The position numbers and the translations under genes are program-made. A DNA stretch of 64,000 bases from a virus (Duplodnaviria > Caudoviricetes), in IMG/VR virus record IMGVR_UViG_2889931527_000001; one strand, 5' to 3'. Below the pieces are notes generated by a model. It was not told the origin of the DNA. It saw only the letters and a program-made list of their open reading frames with translations, and ran no database searches. Positions 29,560-39,535 of the stretch are shown here, in pieces (the stretch's first letter is position 1; each line of letters opens with the position of its first letter).

Positions 29560-31287
29560 TTATTCTGCGTCTTTGAAATCTTCGGTTCCTTCGCTCGTCA
29601 TATCAGATACATCAACTTGGGCGCGACCACCCTTATCATCCGTAGGCGATGGAGGAAGTTTCGGATTGCCATTTTTTGCTGTATAACTAGAAATCAGCGG
29701 CATTCGTTTATCCAAAATTCCACTTGCCTTTACTGCGGCGCTCATGCTCATATCATCCAATAGCGATCTATCCATCAACGCATTGTATACATACAAATCT
29801 GGAAGCAATCCTAGTGTCATAGATTTCTGCATTTCCGCCCGCATTTTTTCATCGTTATAGATGTCACCAAACATGTGGAATCGCCATTCATATTTCAAGT
29901 TCAGTCGAGAATATAGATAGTTCATCATTTTTTCAAACTGCTGATAGATTCTCAGGCAGTAACGCGCTTCGATCTGAATTGAAATGTTTACCGTGCCCGC
30001 ACGCGGATTATCGCTAATCGGAATAAGACCGGCCAGTCCAGATTTTTCCACTGTGTATGCATATCCGTTGGTTGAAATCTCAGTGGCGCTTGGTGCTTCG
30101 GTTAGCTGATGCAGTTTCAAATTCGCCGCCGGTGCCAAGTACAGTCCAATTCCGGACGTATTGTTCTGCGCAAGCATTTGATACCAAAGATACTCAAACA
30201 GTTCTCGTCCGCCGTTTGACAGTTTATACAAGTCCTTTTGCTGACTTGTATTATCATTGGAGTATGGAATTTCACCGGTCATAACCGATACAAGGGGGTT
30301 CTGTACTAATTCAAGCTGCACTTGCTCATACTGAGCAATAGCCTGCATAGACAAATACAATCCAGTCATTGGAGAACATGCGAACGGGTTTGTATCATCG
30401 ATCTCGAATACAAACACACGGTCAACCGGCAACGTCACCCAGTATGCCCAGCGTCCATTTTGCATGTATGGATCAGGGTTTCCGGCAAGGCCACCTTGTG
30501 CATTCTTTTTGAGTTTGTTGAATCTTTCCAAATTGATCCTATATGAGCCATGAGACGCATAAACCACTTTGGACGGAACTTTTTCTACAACATTCTTAAA
30601 ATCTCCGATATACGGTTCTAACAAATCTCCATATTGCCGCCAGTCTGTGCCCGGTTGCAGGAAATAGAACATATTGAAAGATACTGTATACCCTGAAATA
30701 TTGTTAAACCCTATGATTTTTACCCAGTTTGAAGGCAGTTGTTGCGGGAAAACATAATTCACCTTATTATGTGCCTTGTCTACACTGTATCGTATCGCAT
30801 AGAAGGCTTTCCCTTCCTGCAATGCCTGTCCTGCCATCTTGTGCGCTGTCGCTTTCGGGTCCATCTCTTGATTGAATTTATCCAAAAGCTGCATTTCCCG
30901 TTGAAACATTGGGTCTTTCGCATCGGTTTCAGTGATATAATGGGGAGAAGTATAATATCGATATGTCATAATATCTGTATATACTTTCCGAATCTTGAGC
31001 ATAGGATATGCAGTCGCTTCCAACGCATGGTGCGTCTGCCGAAGCATCAATTCATGTTCTCCGGGTGATCTGATTGCGTCTGCTACATCATCTTTGCTGT
31101 ACTCTGCGGGAAGTGACGAAATCTGCTTGACACGACGATTTTGTATCCAAGGATTGTTTGAAGCTCGGTCATATGCTTGCATAATCCATCCCATAGGAAG
31201 CTGGGAATATTGATTTGTTATCTCATTAAATCGTGCAAGCACTTTTTCATATACCGTCTGTGGTGCATCACTTTGATTCGGCAACAT
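29560..31287 (-). CDS. Portal protein (putative)
   Basis: 575 aa after the terminase; C-terminal PLISSYT...KGGRAQ tail typical of SPbeta-like portals. Confidence 0.75.
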   Translation of the reverse strand: MLPNQSDAPQTVYEKVLARFNEITNQYSQLPMGWIMQAYDRASNNPWIQNRRVKQISSLPAEYSKDDVADAIRSPGEHELMLRQTHHALEATAYPMLKIRKVYTDIMTYRYYTSPHYITETDAKDPMFQREMQLLDKFNQEMDPKATAHKMAGQALQEGKAFYAIRYSVDKAHNKVNYVFPQQLPSNWVKIIGFNNISGYTVSFNMFYFLQPGTDWRQYGDLLEPYIGDFKNVVEKVPSKVVYASHGSYRINLERFNKLKKNAQGGLAGNPDPYMQNGRWAYWVTLPVDRVFVFEIDDTNPFACSPMTGLYLSMQAIAQYEQVQLELVQNPLVSVMTGEIPYSNDNTSQQKDLYKLSNGGRELFEYLWYQMLAQNNTSGIGLYLAPAANLKLHQLTEAPSATEISTNGYAYTVEKSGLAGLIPISDNPRAGTVNISIQIEARYCLRIYQQFEKMMNYLYSRLNLKYEWRFHMFGDIYNDEKMRAEMQKSMTLGLLPDLYVYNALMDRSLLDDMSMSAAVKASGILDKRMPLISSYTAKNGNPKLPPSPTDDKGGRAQVDVSDMTSEGTEDFKDAE

Positions 31288-31600
31288 GTGTCACCCCCTT
31301 TGATTTTTGTATTTGACTTAACTCCGATTCAAAGCAATCCAAAAATCGCATCATCGAATCCGCTATATTTGGATTGCTTTTTATGGCATTCTGGATGATT
31401 GCATCATTACATTGCTGCACCCACGATTGATCTCGCGCGTTCAACATTTCTCCTGATATTCTTTTCCCTCCACGCACACGTTTGTTTGGTGTATAGATTA
31501 GGATATAATCAGGGGATATTAAGCTGTATATTTGCTTTTTTGCATACATAATATTGTTCTGCGTTGTCGGCAGAAGAAAAATCTTATACTGTGTAGGCAT
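31268..31600 (-). CDS. Hypothetical protein
   Basis: Overlapping junctions with terminase and portal. Confidence 0.6.
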   Translation of the reverse strand: MPTQYKIFLLPTTQNNIMYAKKQIYSLISPDYILIYTPNKRVRGGKRISGEMLNARDQSWVQQCNDAIIQNAIKSNPNIADSMMRFLDCFESELSQIQKSKGVTHVAESK

Positions 31601-33417
31601 TAAAACAACCTTCCTCGTTTATGCAGCACTCGTGGGTGATAGTTCTGGTATTGCGGAGCAAATTTCTTCTGCCTTGCAAGCTTTTCGATCATCGGCGTCC
31701 AGTCGGATTCTTTTCGCACAGATTCAATAAGCTTTTTTCGCTCTAAAAGTTGAGCGAAACGCAAGGCATATTTGAAAGCTGACCACATATCGCGTTGAAT
31801 TGATTTTGAAATGCGCGTTTCTGACCAGTTCATTGCGCTTTGCTTTTTCTTCAAATTCGAAATTTGTCCACACATTTCTCGACATTTAGCATAGGGGATA
31901 GCAAATGTCGCATCTTCATCCGAAGTTTGCAAATGGTGATATGTTTTATAGGCTTCTATGCCCTCATAGATGTTCGTAGTTAAAATTTGGACATTCCCTT
32001 GTTCAAACTGCACTTCTGCATATTTCAGCATTTCGCCGTCAGGGTCGCCATGTCCTGTTTCACGATAACCATTACTTGCGACAACAGGATAAATAACCGG
32101 AAGCGCGTCCGGCTGCTCCAATTCAGGATAATCATGGTTCCAGCAGCATATTGGCTGCCCATCTCCCATGTCCTTCATTAGCTGCTCTGTAACCGATTTT
32201 CCGTACTGTTTGTTATCGATTGCAATAAACGTACCAGCGCCGCCCTCCATGGAGTATCGACGCCATAGTTCTTTCAGATATTGTGCTTGTAGAGAAGCTT
32301 CTTTCGGACGCATATCCTGCACATACACAAGCTGCTTGAGATACGTGTCTTGCTTTCCGCGAAGATGCTGGGTCGTCAGTTTTACGATTGCTGCTGCACA
32401 CATTGCGTGCCGCGCACCTTCTTCGTGGGATACGTCATATCCAATAATGTATATGGCGTTCGGGTCTTGGCAATGATGGCGTTCCATGACCATGATCTTT
32501 TTTGATTCCGTCAGAACTTCATCACGAATTACAGAGTTTTCGCTTACGCCAGTATATCTGCTCTCCATTTCGCGCATCCATTCTTCGGGGGTAAGCTTTC
32601 GGCGCAAATCTTCTGCCCATGCCAAATCGCGTATACCTGATAAAACCGCCACTTCCCACGGATAATCGATTATAAATGCGCTTTCTCCATTTTGCATTGC
32701 CTTTAACACATCACATCTGTATTGGTATGTTTCATTCTGTTGCCGACACGCAGATGTAATATACTGCTTTTTAAAGTCAATGTGCATCGGGTCCGGTTGG
32801 CGGTCCACCTGATGGCGCAAGCGGATAGATGGTAGGATAATATTTCGATAGTTTCGGTGATCGAAAACTGGCTGTTCTTCCTGCCCCACTTCTTCACACA
32901 AAACTTGGTGCGAGTTATCGCCACGCATGGTAGTAATGGTGAATTCCGAACCGGTTTCGGTTTTCATCTCGAATGTCTCTTTGGCATTCTGTGTTTTCAA
33001 CCAATGGTCAGCGAGAGCCGGATAATTTTTTCGAATCTGAGTGAATGTAGCATCTGCAATTTCTGCTGTTTGTTTGAGCGATGGTCCGAAATATCGCATC
33101 AATTCCCCCGGCCACAAAACGCCTTCACTCATTTTTGACAAGAAGGATGAATAAGTCTTTGTTGTGCCACGCGAACCAGTAATGAAAACCTGCTGATACC
33201 GTGCCATAACACGAATATTGATCGCTTGAATCAGCGCCAGTGTATAATCGCTATCCTCCCCTTCCAGAACGGCAAGCATTCTATCGGGATACCATCGCCA
33301 ATATGAGAGTAAGAGTGCCCAGTTGTCGCCACTGATTTCATCATAATTAGCAGCTCGCGCTTGCCCTCTTTTTACCCATTTATGTAATGTTGGATTCCAG
33401 TATTTACCCGCAGGCAT
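31600..33417 (-). CDS. terL: Terminase large subunit
   Basis: ITGSRGTTKT Walker A; LCEE Walker B; YITSA; IIGYDVS nuclease Asp; RDMWSA. Confidence 0.9.
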   Translation of the reverse strand: MPAGKYWNPTLHKWVKRGQARAANYDEISGDNWALLLSYWRWYPDRMLAVLEGEDSDYTLALIQAINIRVMARYQQVFITGSRGTTKTYSSFLSKMSEGVLWPGELMRYFGPSLKQTAEIADATFTQIRKNYPALADHWLKTQNAKETFEMKTETGSEFTITTMRGDNSHQVLCEEVGQEEQPVFDHRNYRNIILPSIRLRHQVDRQPDPMHIDFKKQYITSACRQQNETYQYRCDVLKAMQNGESAFIIDYPWEVAVLSGIRDLAWAEDLRRKLTPEEWMREMESRYTGVSENSVIRDEVLTESKKIMVMERHHCQDPNAIYIIGYDVSHEEGARHAMCAAAIVKLTTQHLRGKQDTYLKQLVYVQDMRPKEASLQAQYLKELWRRYSMEGGAGTFIAIDNKQYGKSVTEQLMKDMGDGQPICCWNHDYPELEQPDALPVIYPVVASNGYRETGHGDPDGEMLKYAEVQFEQGNVQILTTNIYEGIEAYKTYHHLQTSDEDATFAIPYAKCREMCGQISNLKKKQSAMNWSETRISKSIQRDMWSAFKYALRFAQLLERKKLIESVRKESDWTPMIEKLARQKKFAPQYQNYHPRVLHKRGRLF

Positions 33418-34472
33418 TACGTATCAGGCCTTTCATATTTCATGGGCGGCAACTCCAAGCTTTCAATCAGTTTCTTTTCGGCTTCTGTGCTTCCTTCCTG
33501 AAATTCGCCCTGTTGAGGATCAATTTGCATTTCAACCGGCAAAGTGTCTGTCTCGCTCATACCCGAATTTCGACGGTATGCGTTCCAAATGGCAAGTAAA
33601 ATCTGATCGATAATGTCCTTCCCCATTGGGTATACCGGATGATCTGCGCGTAGAATCGGAAGAAGTTGATCGTAAGGCAACAACTTTCCGTTCTTCGCAT
33701 AGCCATTTCGTTCAAGAGCCGCCATCAATGTATCAATCTTTACTGCTGCAACCGGTGCTTCATCGCGCTTGCGCATCAGGTTATCAGCTTTCATCTTGGA
33801 AATCATGCCGTAGATTTCTTTCGCTTCTTTTGTATTTCTGGAAGCGCATTGCTTTTGATAGTCCAAAAGCAGTTTGCAGATTTCCCGGATATTGAATTCC
33901 ATTTCGGCATCAATGCCGTTTGCTTCGTATGATTTCGATTGGATGGAATAAAGCCGATCCAGTTCGTTGTAATCTGCCTTTGTCCAGTCATCGCGCTCGC
34001 CCCAGTCGCGTCGCTGCCGTTTTGTTCCGGCCTTCTCATATTGCAAGTTGTCTGAAACAATTTCACGATTCAGCTTTACCTTTTGCGTGATTCCGAACAG
34101 TTTTTCCACATCGGTAATCCCATCTGAGAACGCGCACGGTTCGCCATCAATTCGCGTTCCTTTTTCCGCAGCATCGATATTTTTTAGGTATACATCCCAC
34201 GAATAATCATCAAACACTTGTTCCATATTTGGTACGAGTTCAGGAATGAAAGGAATGTTATATGCAGCACAGCACAGGAAGAATGCCATATATGGAGATA
34301 CAAGGAACGCAAATTCTGAGAACTGTTCTCGCTGACATTTTTTGCAGTAATGAACAAATCGTGTATCACCGTACCATTCGGGTGACGCCACACGTCCGGT
34401 TTCATCGGTTAATTCTTCACCGCATCGCACGCAATGCACCGCAACATCAAGCTCCATTTCTTCTGCGTTCAA
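33417..34472 (-). CDS. Zinc-finger protein upstream of terL (small-terminase position)
   Basis: CVRC...CKKC; TTG start after AGGAGGTG; coupled to terL. Confidence 0.65.
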   Translation of the reverse strand: MNAEEMELDVAVHCVRCGEELTDETGRVASPEWYGDTRFVHYCKKCQREQFSEFAFLVSPYMAFFLCCAAYNIPFIPELVPNMEQVFDDYSWDVYLKNIDAAEKGTRIDGEPCAFSDGITDVEKLFGITQKVKLNREIVSDNLQYEKAGTKRQRRDWGERDDWTKADYNELDRLYSIQSKSYEANGIDAEMEFNIREICKLLLDYQKQCASRNTKEAKEIYGMISKMKADNLMRKRDEAPVAAVKIDTLMAALERNGYAKNGKLLPYDQLLPILRADHPVYPMGKDIIDQILLAIWNAYRRNSGMSETDTLPVEMQIDPQQGEFQEGSTEAEKKLIESLELPPMKYERPDT

Positions 34473-34500
34473 TTTTGTTCACCTCCTCGTATAATAAGAT

Positions 34501-34800
34501 TCAAAGTTAATAATTTCAGGCATCAGCAGGCATTGAGATGCCCGTGATACAATAGCTGTAGGACAGCAGGGTCAAGCTCTCCACCTCCTTGTTGAGCCAC
34601 AAGGCTGCTTCATTTTTAGTCTGTTCCCCTGAGCCGGAAGTCAGCTGCAAACTCATTGGCTGTTTGCCGGAGGCAAGGCCGCCCTTTCAGCAGTGAGGGC
34701 TTTCGCATTGGTCTGCCCCGGAATGATTCTGATACGCGAGGTTGCGGATGCTTCGGTTATCATGGGTATCTCAAAGCCTGCTGGCCTGAAATCTCCATGT
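34501..34800 (+). ncRNA. IS110 bridge RNA (predicted)
   Basis: Contains CACCTCCT and TTTTTAG (target guides) and CATTGGTCT and CGAG (donor guides). Confidence 0.75.
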
Positions 34801-34815
34801 GGGGAGGTGAAAATT

Positions 34816-36039
34816 ATGAACCCACTATTCGTTGGCATTGATGTGAGCAGCAGAAACAATGTGGCCTACCTGATGAAACCCGACGGCAGCAAGCACTCCA
34901 GCTTTTCCATACAGAACAACCTGGGTGGTGCTAAACTGTTATCAGAGAAGATCGTGTCGGCACTGCGTTCCATGCAGCTCAGCGATGTGGTGATCGGCCT
35001 GGAGGCCACCTCCATCTACGGAGACAGCTTGGTTTACGCTCTCCGGGAGGATGGCAGCCTGGGCCGGTTCCAGCGGAAGATCCATGTCCTGAATCCAAAG
35101 CAGGTCAAAAAGTTCAAGGAAGCCTATCCCGACCTGCCCAAGAATGACTTTGTGGACGCCTTTGTGATTGCCGACCATCTCCGTTTCGGCAGGATCGCCA
35201 AGGAGGTCTATATGGACGACTACCGCTACCAGGCGCTCAGGACCCTTACCAGGGCCAGGTTTGACGTGATCCAAAACCTGACCCGGGAGAAACAGAGATT
35301 CGCTAACTACTTATTCCTCAAATGCTCCGGCATAGCCCAGGACAAGGACATCCAGAACACCAGCGCCACCACTATCGCGCTCATGGAGCGGTTTGAAACT
35401 GTGGATGATCTGGCAAACGCCGACCTGGACGAACTGACTGCCTTTCTGGATGAGAAGGGCAGAAACTTCGCTGACCCGGCTGCCAAAGCCAAGGTTATTC
35501 GAACTGCCGCCAGAGACTCTTACCGCCTGCCTGTTACTGTGAACAATTCTGTAAATCAGGCGATGGCAGTCTCTATTGCCTCTATGCGGGCTCTGGAAAA
35601 GCAGGTCAAGGTGTTGGACAAGGCCATTGAACAGCAGTTTGAAATCATTCCCAACACCCTGACCTCTATCCCCGGGATTGGCAAGGTCTACTCCGCCGGG
35701 ATCATCGCCGAGATCGGCGACATTCACCGTTTCAGCTCTCAAGCCTCGGTTGCCAAGTTCGCCGGCCTTGTCTGGACACAGCACCAGTCCGGTGAATTTG
35801 AGGCTGAACACTCCCGGATGATCAAGTCCGGCAACCGCTATCTCCGCTACTACCTGCTGGAAGCCGCCAACTCTGTGAGAAGATGCGATTCCGAGTTCCG
35901 GCGCTACTATGACCTCAAGTATCAAGAGGTCAACAAGTATCAGCATAAACGCGCACTCGCTCTCACTGCCAGAAAACTGGTTCGGTTGATCTTTCGGCTG
36001 CTGAAGGACAACCGCCTGTATATCCTGCCGGAGGGCTGA
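34816..36039 (+). CDS. IS110-family DEDD recombinase
   Basis: FVGIDVS, GLEAT, KNDFVDA; SIPGIG...AEIGDI..F..FAGL...QSG. Confidence 0.95.
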   Translation: MNPLFVGIDVSSRNNVAYLMKPDGSKHSSFSIQNNLGGAKLLSEKIVSALRSMQLSDVVIGLEATSIYGDSLVYALREDGSLGRFQRKIHVLNPKQVKKFKEAYPDLPKNDFVDAFVIADHLRFGRIAKEVYMDDYRYQALRTLTRARFDVIQNLTREKQRFANYLFLKCSGIAQDKDIQNTSATTIALMERFETVDDLANADLDELTAFLDEKGRNFADPAAKAKVIRTAARDSYRLPVTVNNSVNQAMAVSIASMRALEKQVKVLDKAIEQQFEIIPNTLTSIPGIGKVYSAGIIAEIGDIHRFSSQASVAKFAGLVWTQHQSGEFEAEHSRMIKSGNRYLRYYLLEAANSVRRCDSEFRRYYDLKYQEVNKYQHKRALALTARKLVRLIFRLLKDNRLYILPEG

Positions 36040-36202
36040 GCGTACCGCTTGCCGCTCTGGCGCATAGGCCCTGTTTCAAAAAACTCAGGGACAGGGCTTG
36101 GATTGGTGTTGTCTTTTTCCTGCCTACATGGTCCTTTTTACTCATTCCCATTTGAAATTTTCTTGCATCACCTACTTGACTTCATACCATTGGACTAAAA
36201 AA

Positions 36203-36280
36203 CAAAAAAGGGCTGCAAACCACATTTCTGTGATTTACAGCCCCGATTGGCTTTTACTTTCTACCGATTAAGAAAGCAAT
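36203..36280 (-). terminator. Class B attenuator
   Basis: Same ~43-bp core as at 29463 and 40381. Confidence 0.8.
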
Positions 36281-36289
36281 GTTCAGTTT

Positions 36290-37093
36290 TTATGCAATGT
36301 TTCTGTCCATGACAGCCTGGATGCCGCGCCGCGTCAGAATTTCGTGAATCATCATTCGACCCTTCTGCGTCCATTGTGTGTGCAGTTTGGTATCCGGCGA
36401 ACCATCTGACCGCGTGATATTAATGGTTTTGGATTTTGTGTATCCCATGCCCATATACTTGCGATACAGAATCCATTGTCCGTTGACGTTATGCTGAATA
36501 CCTTCCTCATGCAGAATCTTGTTCAGCATCCGGGCGCTGAGATCATAGTCTGCCGCGACTTGGGATGTTGCCAGTGTCCCTGTGCTTTCCAAGATTGTAT
36601 CCACGTACTGCTTGATCGGCTCAAAGTCTTTGATGACTTGGCGCTGCTGCTCATTCTCAGATTCCAGCGCCTTGCGCTTGGCGCGTTCTTCTTTCAAATC
36701 GGTTGCCAGCCGAATAATCGTATCCGGGTCGGAAAGAATCTGTTCGATGGTGTCATCCGTCATGTATGCGCCGTGCTTGCGGATAGAGGGGAGGACTTCG
36801 GATGTCACCCAGCGCTTGAACTTCTTTGCTGTGGGAAGCTTGCTCGAAAGCACCAGAGAATATAGCCCGCTTTCGTTGATGATGATAGTTTCTTGCATTC
36901 TTCCCAAACTGTCGGTGAGTCCCCATTTTAGGGAGTCATCATCATCAACATGTGTAGCTAGTGCATTGAGTGGTTTTGCATACCCCAAAATACTTGCTAC
37001 ATCTTTCCCGACAAACCACGGCTGTTCGTCGATTTCAACCACTCGGATTTCTCCGAATTCCTCATTTCTGAACAGTTCAATTTTGTTTTCCAA
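36290..37093 (-). CDS. Phage antirepressor (Bro-N + KilAC)
   Basis: FGEIRVVEIDEQPWFVGKDVA...INESGLYSLVLSSKLP...WTQKGR. Confidence 0.92.
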   Translation of the reverse strand: MENKIELFRNEEFGEIRVVEIDEQPWFVGKDVASILGYAKPLNALATHVDDDDSLKWGLTDSLGRMQETIIINESGLYSLVLSSKLPTAKKFKRWVTSEVLPSIRKHGAYMTDDTIEQILSDPDTIIRLATDLKEERAKRKALESENEQQRQVIKDFEPIKQYVDTILESTGTLATSQVAADYDLSARMLNKILHEEGIQHNVNGQWILYRKYMGMGYTKSKTINITRSDGSPDTKLHTQWTQKGRMMIHEILTRRGIQAVMDRNIA

Positions 37094-37111
37094 AACGTTA
37101 CCTCCATTCTT

Positions 37112-37372
37112 TTACGCAAAAATTTCCCGTGCAAGCTGCATGGCGTAGCGGTAGCCCAGCAGGAACCCCATGCGCTCGGTCTTGACTTGGTGCATTGCGA
37201 TGAAGTCGGAAGCCGTGTTTACGTCGCCGCTATCTAGCATGCTGCGAACATCTTCGCACGGCAATGACCATTCTGCTTCATACAACGCATTCAGTTCCGC
37301 ATCTTCTTCCATCCGGCTTAGTGCATCCGCATGGTGCGCGTTTATGATCTCTGGAAAGGGTCTGTTTTTCAT
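37112..37372 (-). CDS. Conserved 86-aa phage protein (copy 3 of 3, inverted)
   Basis: Two substitutions relative to copies 1 and 2. Confidence 0.8.
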   Translation of the reverse strand: MKNRPFPEIINAHHADALSRMEEDAELNALYEAEWSLPCEDVRSMLDSGDVNTASDFIAMHQVKTERMGFLLGYRYAMQLAREIFA

Positions 37373-37482
37373 TTTGCTTTTCCTCCTTGATTTTCACCGG
37401 GAGGAATGATAGAATGGATTTACCATTCCTCCGGGTGTGGTGCTGTGAAGTAGTCCGCGATTTTCGACGGTGGCGGGCTACT

Positions 37483-37656
37483 TCACTTTTTTTGTCCCAA
37501 AACCAGTTCTAATCCTTCTCTGACAACATCTGTTCGACTTTTACCATATTTCTTACAATATGATTGTAGCCGTTTGTCCGTATCTTCATCGATTCGGGCT
37601 TTTACTTCGATGCTCTTTGGCTTCTCTGATTTTGGACGCCCTGTACGTGGCGACAT
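37483..37656 (-). CDS. RHH/CopG-like small repressor
   Basis: MSPRTGRPK...VKARID...SRTDVVREGL. Confidence 0.8.
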   Translation of the reverse strand: MSPRTGRPKSEKPKSIEVKARIDEDTDKRLQSYCKKYGKSRTDVVREGLELVLGQKK

Positions 37657-37731
37657 ATCATCACCCACTTTCTGTGCCACAGCAATATTGTGGTTTGTGT
37701 GGCTCAAAAAGTCAAGAGGAAAATGAAAAAT

Positions 37732-37875
37732 TTAACCTTTCGTTTTCGGTTCGTGGATGTATTCTAGTTTAATGGAATATACCTTTTCCTTTCCGTTTCT
37801 TTTGTCTTTTTTTATGAGCGCATCATTTCCTTGGTCAAGGACTTTGTCCACTGCTTCCATAGTGGCTTTTTGCAT
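37732..37875 (-). CDS. Small hypothetical protein
   Basis: GAGGTG RBS; MQKATMEAVDKVLDQGND. Confidence 0.5.
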   Translation of the reverse strand: MQKATMEAVDKVLDQGNDALIKKDKRNGKEKVYSIKLEYIHEPKTKG

Positions 37876-37899
37876 AGCTTCACCTCGATTGAAAAAACA

Positions 37900-37994
37900 A
37901 AAAAAGCGCAGCACATGCCAAAAAACGCAACCAAGCATATTATTCAGCATATCACTGAATAACACTTGTGTTTTTTGGCGCGTGCTGCGCCGCC
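37900..37994 (-). promoter_or_regulatory. Class A leader attenuator
   Basis: CGGCGCAGCACGCGCCAAA...TTTGGCATGTGCTGCGC-TTTTTTT after TTGACT...TATAAT. Confidence 0.7.
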
Positions 37995-38075
37995 GATATA
38001 ATTATATTATACTCTTTTATTCGGATAAGTCAATAGAAAAGAGGGAATATTTTTTAAATATTCCCTCTTTTTCAA

Positions 38076-39521
38076 TTAGCTCCCCGCCACAGTAACAGTC
38101 ACATTGTATGTAATCGATGTCTTGTTGCTTTCCGAAACGGTGAGTGTGAACGACTTGCTGCCACCAGCGGAAGAAACGCTTGTGGTGTTCACGGTATAGG
38201 TCGGGTTGGTTTCTGTGCCACCCGCAGAAACATCGCCGGAGTCGGTTCCTCCAATTTCAACGCTCTGTGCAGCGGTCTTGGTCGCGGTCAGAACGACGCT
38301 GGAAGTGGAGTTTTCAACATTTACTGTTACCGTCATGCTTGCTCCGCCGCCTTCAATCGTGTTGGAACCACCAGCAGACGGTGTAGTCAGCGCAAAGGTT
38401 ACATTTTCAGTCGGCGGAGTCGGTGCGCCGGTTACAGTGCATTGAACCGATGTGGTCAGATTGGCATTGTAGTTGGAAGTGATGTTCACCGTGCCCGTTC
38501 CGTTGGACAGACCGGTCACAACGCCGAGCGGCGAAACGCTGATATACTGCGTGCTGCCATCTGCAACCGCAAAGGTAAGGTTGCTCATAAGCGGAGTAAC
38601 CAGGGACCCATCCGGCATAACATACTTGACCGGGATTGTAGTTCCTTCATCATAGGCAACATCCAGTTCGTTTCCGCCTACAACCGCAAGACTTTCCACA
38701 AACTGATCGGGGTTGCCAAAAATTTCAACAACCATGTATGCCAGCTTCGGGGAAGCAGACGAACCACACTGAATACCAGCATCACACGCTTCGTTGTAAG
38801 AAAGTGCTGTGCCGGTCAGGTTGGTGGTTGCTGCCGTAGTCTGCGAACCTTCGGTCGAAACATCGCCATTGAACTGCATACGCGGTACAGTGATGTAGCA
38901 GTTACCGACATGCGAACCCTTGTTGCTTGCGCCCTGCCCTGCTTCGGTTGCATACAGCGGAATGGTATACAGCGAACGGACAACCGCCGGGGACATGAGG
39001 GTATCGACGCTCATTTGCATCGCATTTGCAGACTGAGTGTAGTAGTGCACGCAATAGGTTGTGCCTTCGGTTGCTGTGAAGCCTTGTACTTGCATAGACT
39101 CAACATCAATGAGATATGCCGTACTGTCATTGTTGATGGTACATACAATGTCACATCCGCCAAGCGGTGCACACGGAGTCTGTCCAACGGTCAGTGTAGT
39201 ACCAGTCGCAGCGACAGCTTCATCAACCGGCACAACGCCGTTATATGCAACCGTAGAACCAACAGACAGCGCGCGGCCTTGCAGAGAGAAGTCACCGGCA
39301 GTAATCGTCTGCGTCAGGGACGGAGTGTCGGGGATTTGGATAACAACCGGGTTGCCGATGCCTGCATTGATCGCACCCAGGTTCACAGTGGATTGGAGCT
39401 GGTTTGTAACGATCTTGTCCGAATAGAAGATAAGATCGTTTGTGGTTGGATCAAAGCACTTGAGGTACATTGTACCTTTTGCATAAACGGTCAAGCCGTT
39501 AATAGTACCAGAAACGTTCAT
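38076..39521 (-). CDS. Major tail tube protein with C-terminal Ig-like domains
   Basis: INAGIGNPVV motif; Big_2-like ISVSPLGVVTGLSNGTGTVNIT. Confidence 0.75.
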   Translation of the reverse strand: MNVSGTINGLTVYAKGTMYLKCFDPTTNDLIFYSDKIVTNQLQSTVNLGAINAGIGNPVVIQIPDTPSLTQTITAGDFSLQGRALSVGSTVAYNGVVPVDEAVAATGTTLTVGQTPCAPLGGCDIVCTINNDSTAYLIDVESMQVQGFTATEGTTYCVHYYTQSANAMQMSVDTLMSPAVVRSLYTIPLYATEAGQGASNKGSHVGNCYITVPRMQFNGDVSTEGSQTTAATTNLTGTALSYNEACDAGIQCGSSASPKLAYMVVEIFGNPDQFVESLAVVGGNELDVAYDEGTTIPVKYVMPDGSLVTPLMSNLTFAVADGSTQYISVSPLGVVTGLSNGTGTVNITSNYNANLTTSVQCTVTGAPTPPTENVTFALTTPSAGGSNTIEGGGASMTVTVNVENSTSSVVLTATKTAAQSVEIGGTDSGDVSAGGTETNPTYTVNTTSVSSAGGSKSFTLTVSESNKTSITYNVTVTVAGS

Positions 39522-39535
39522 TTGTGTCCTCCTTA

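Larger units (their letters stand above)
34488..36196 (+). mobile_element. IS110-family insertion sequence with CT core
   Basis: Joining the ends gives TTGACT-17-TATAAT; empty site CACCTC-CT-AAAAA. Confidence 0.9.
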
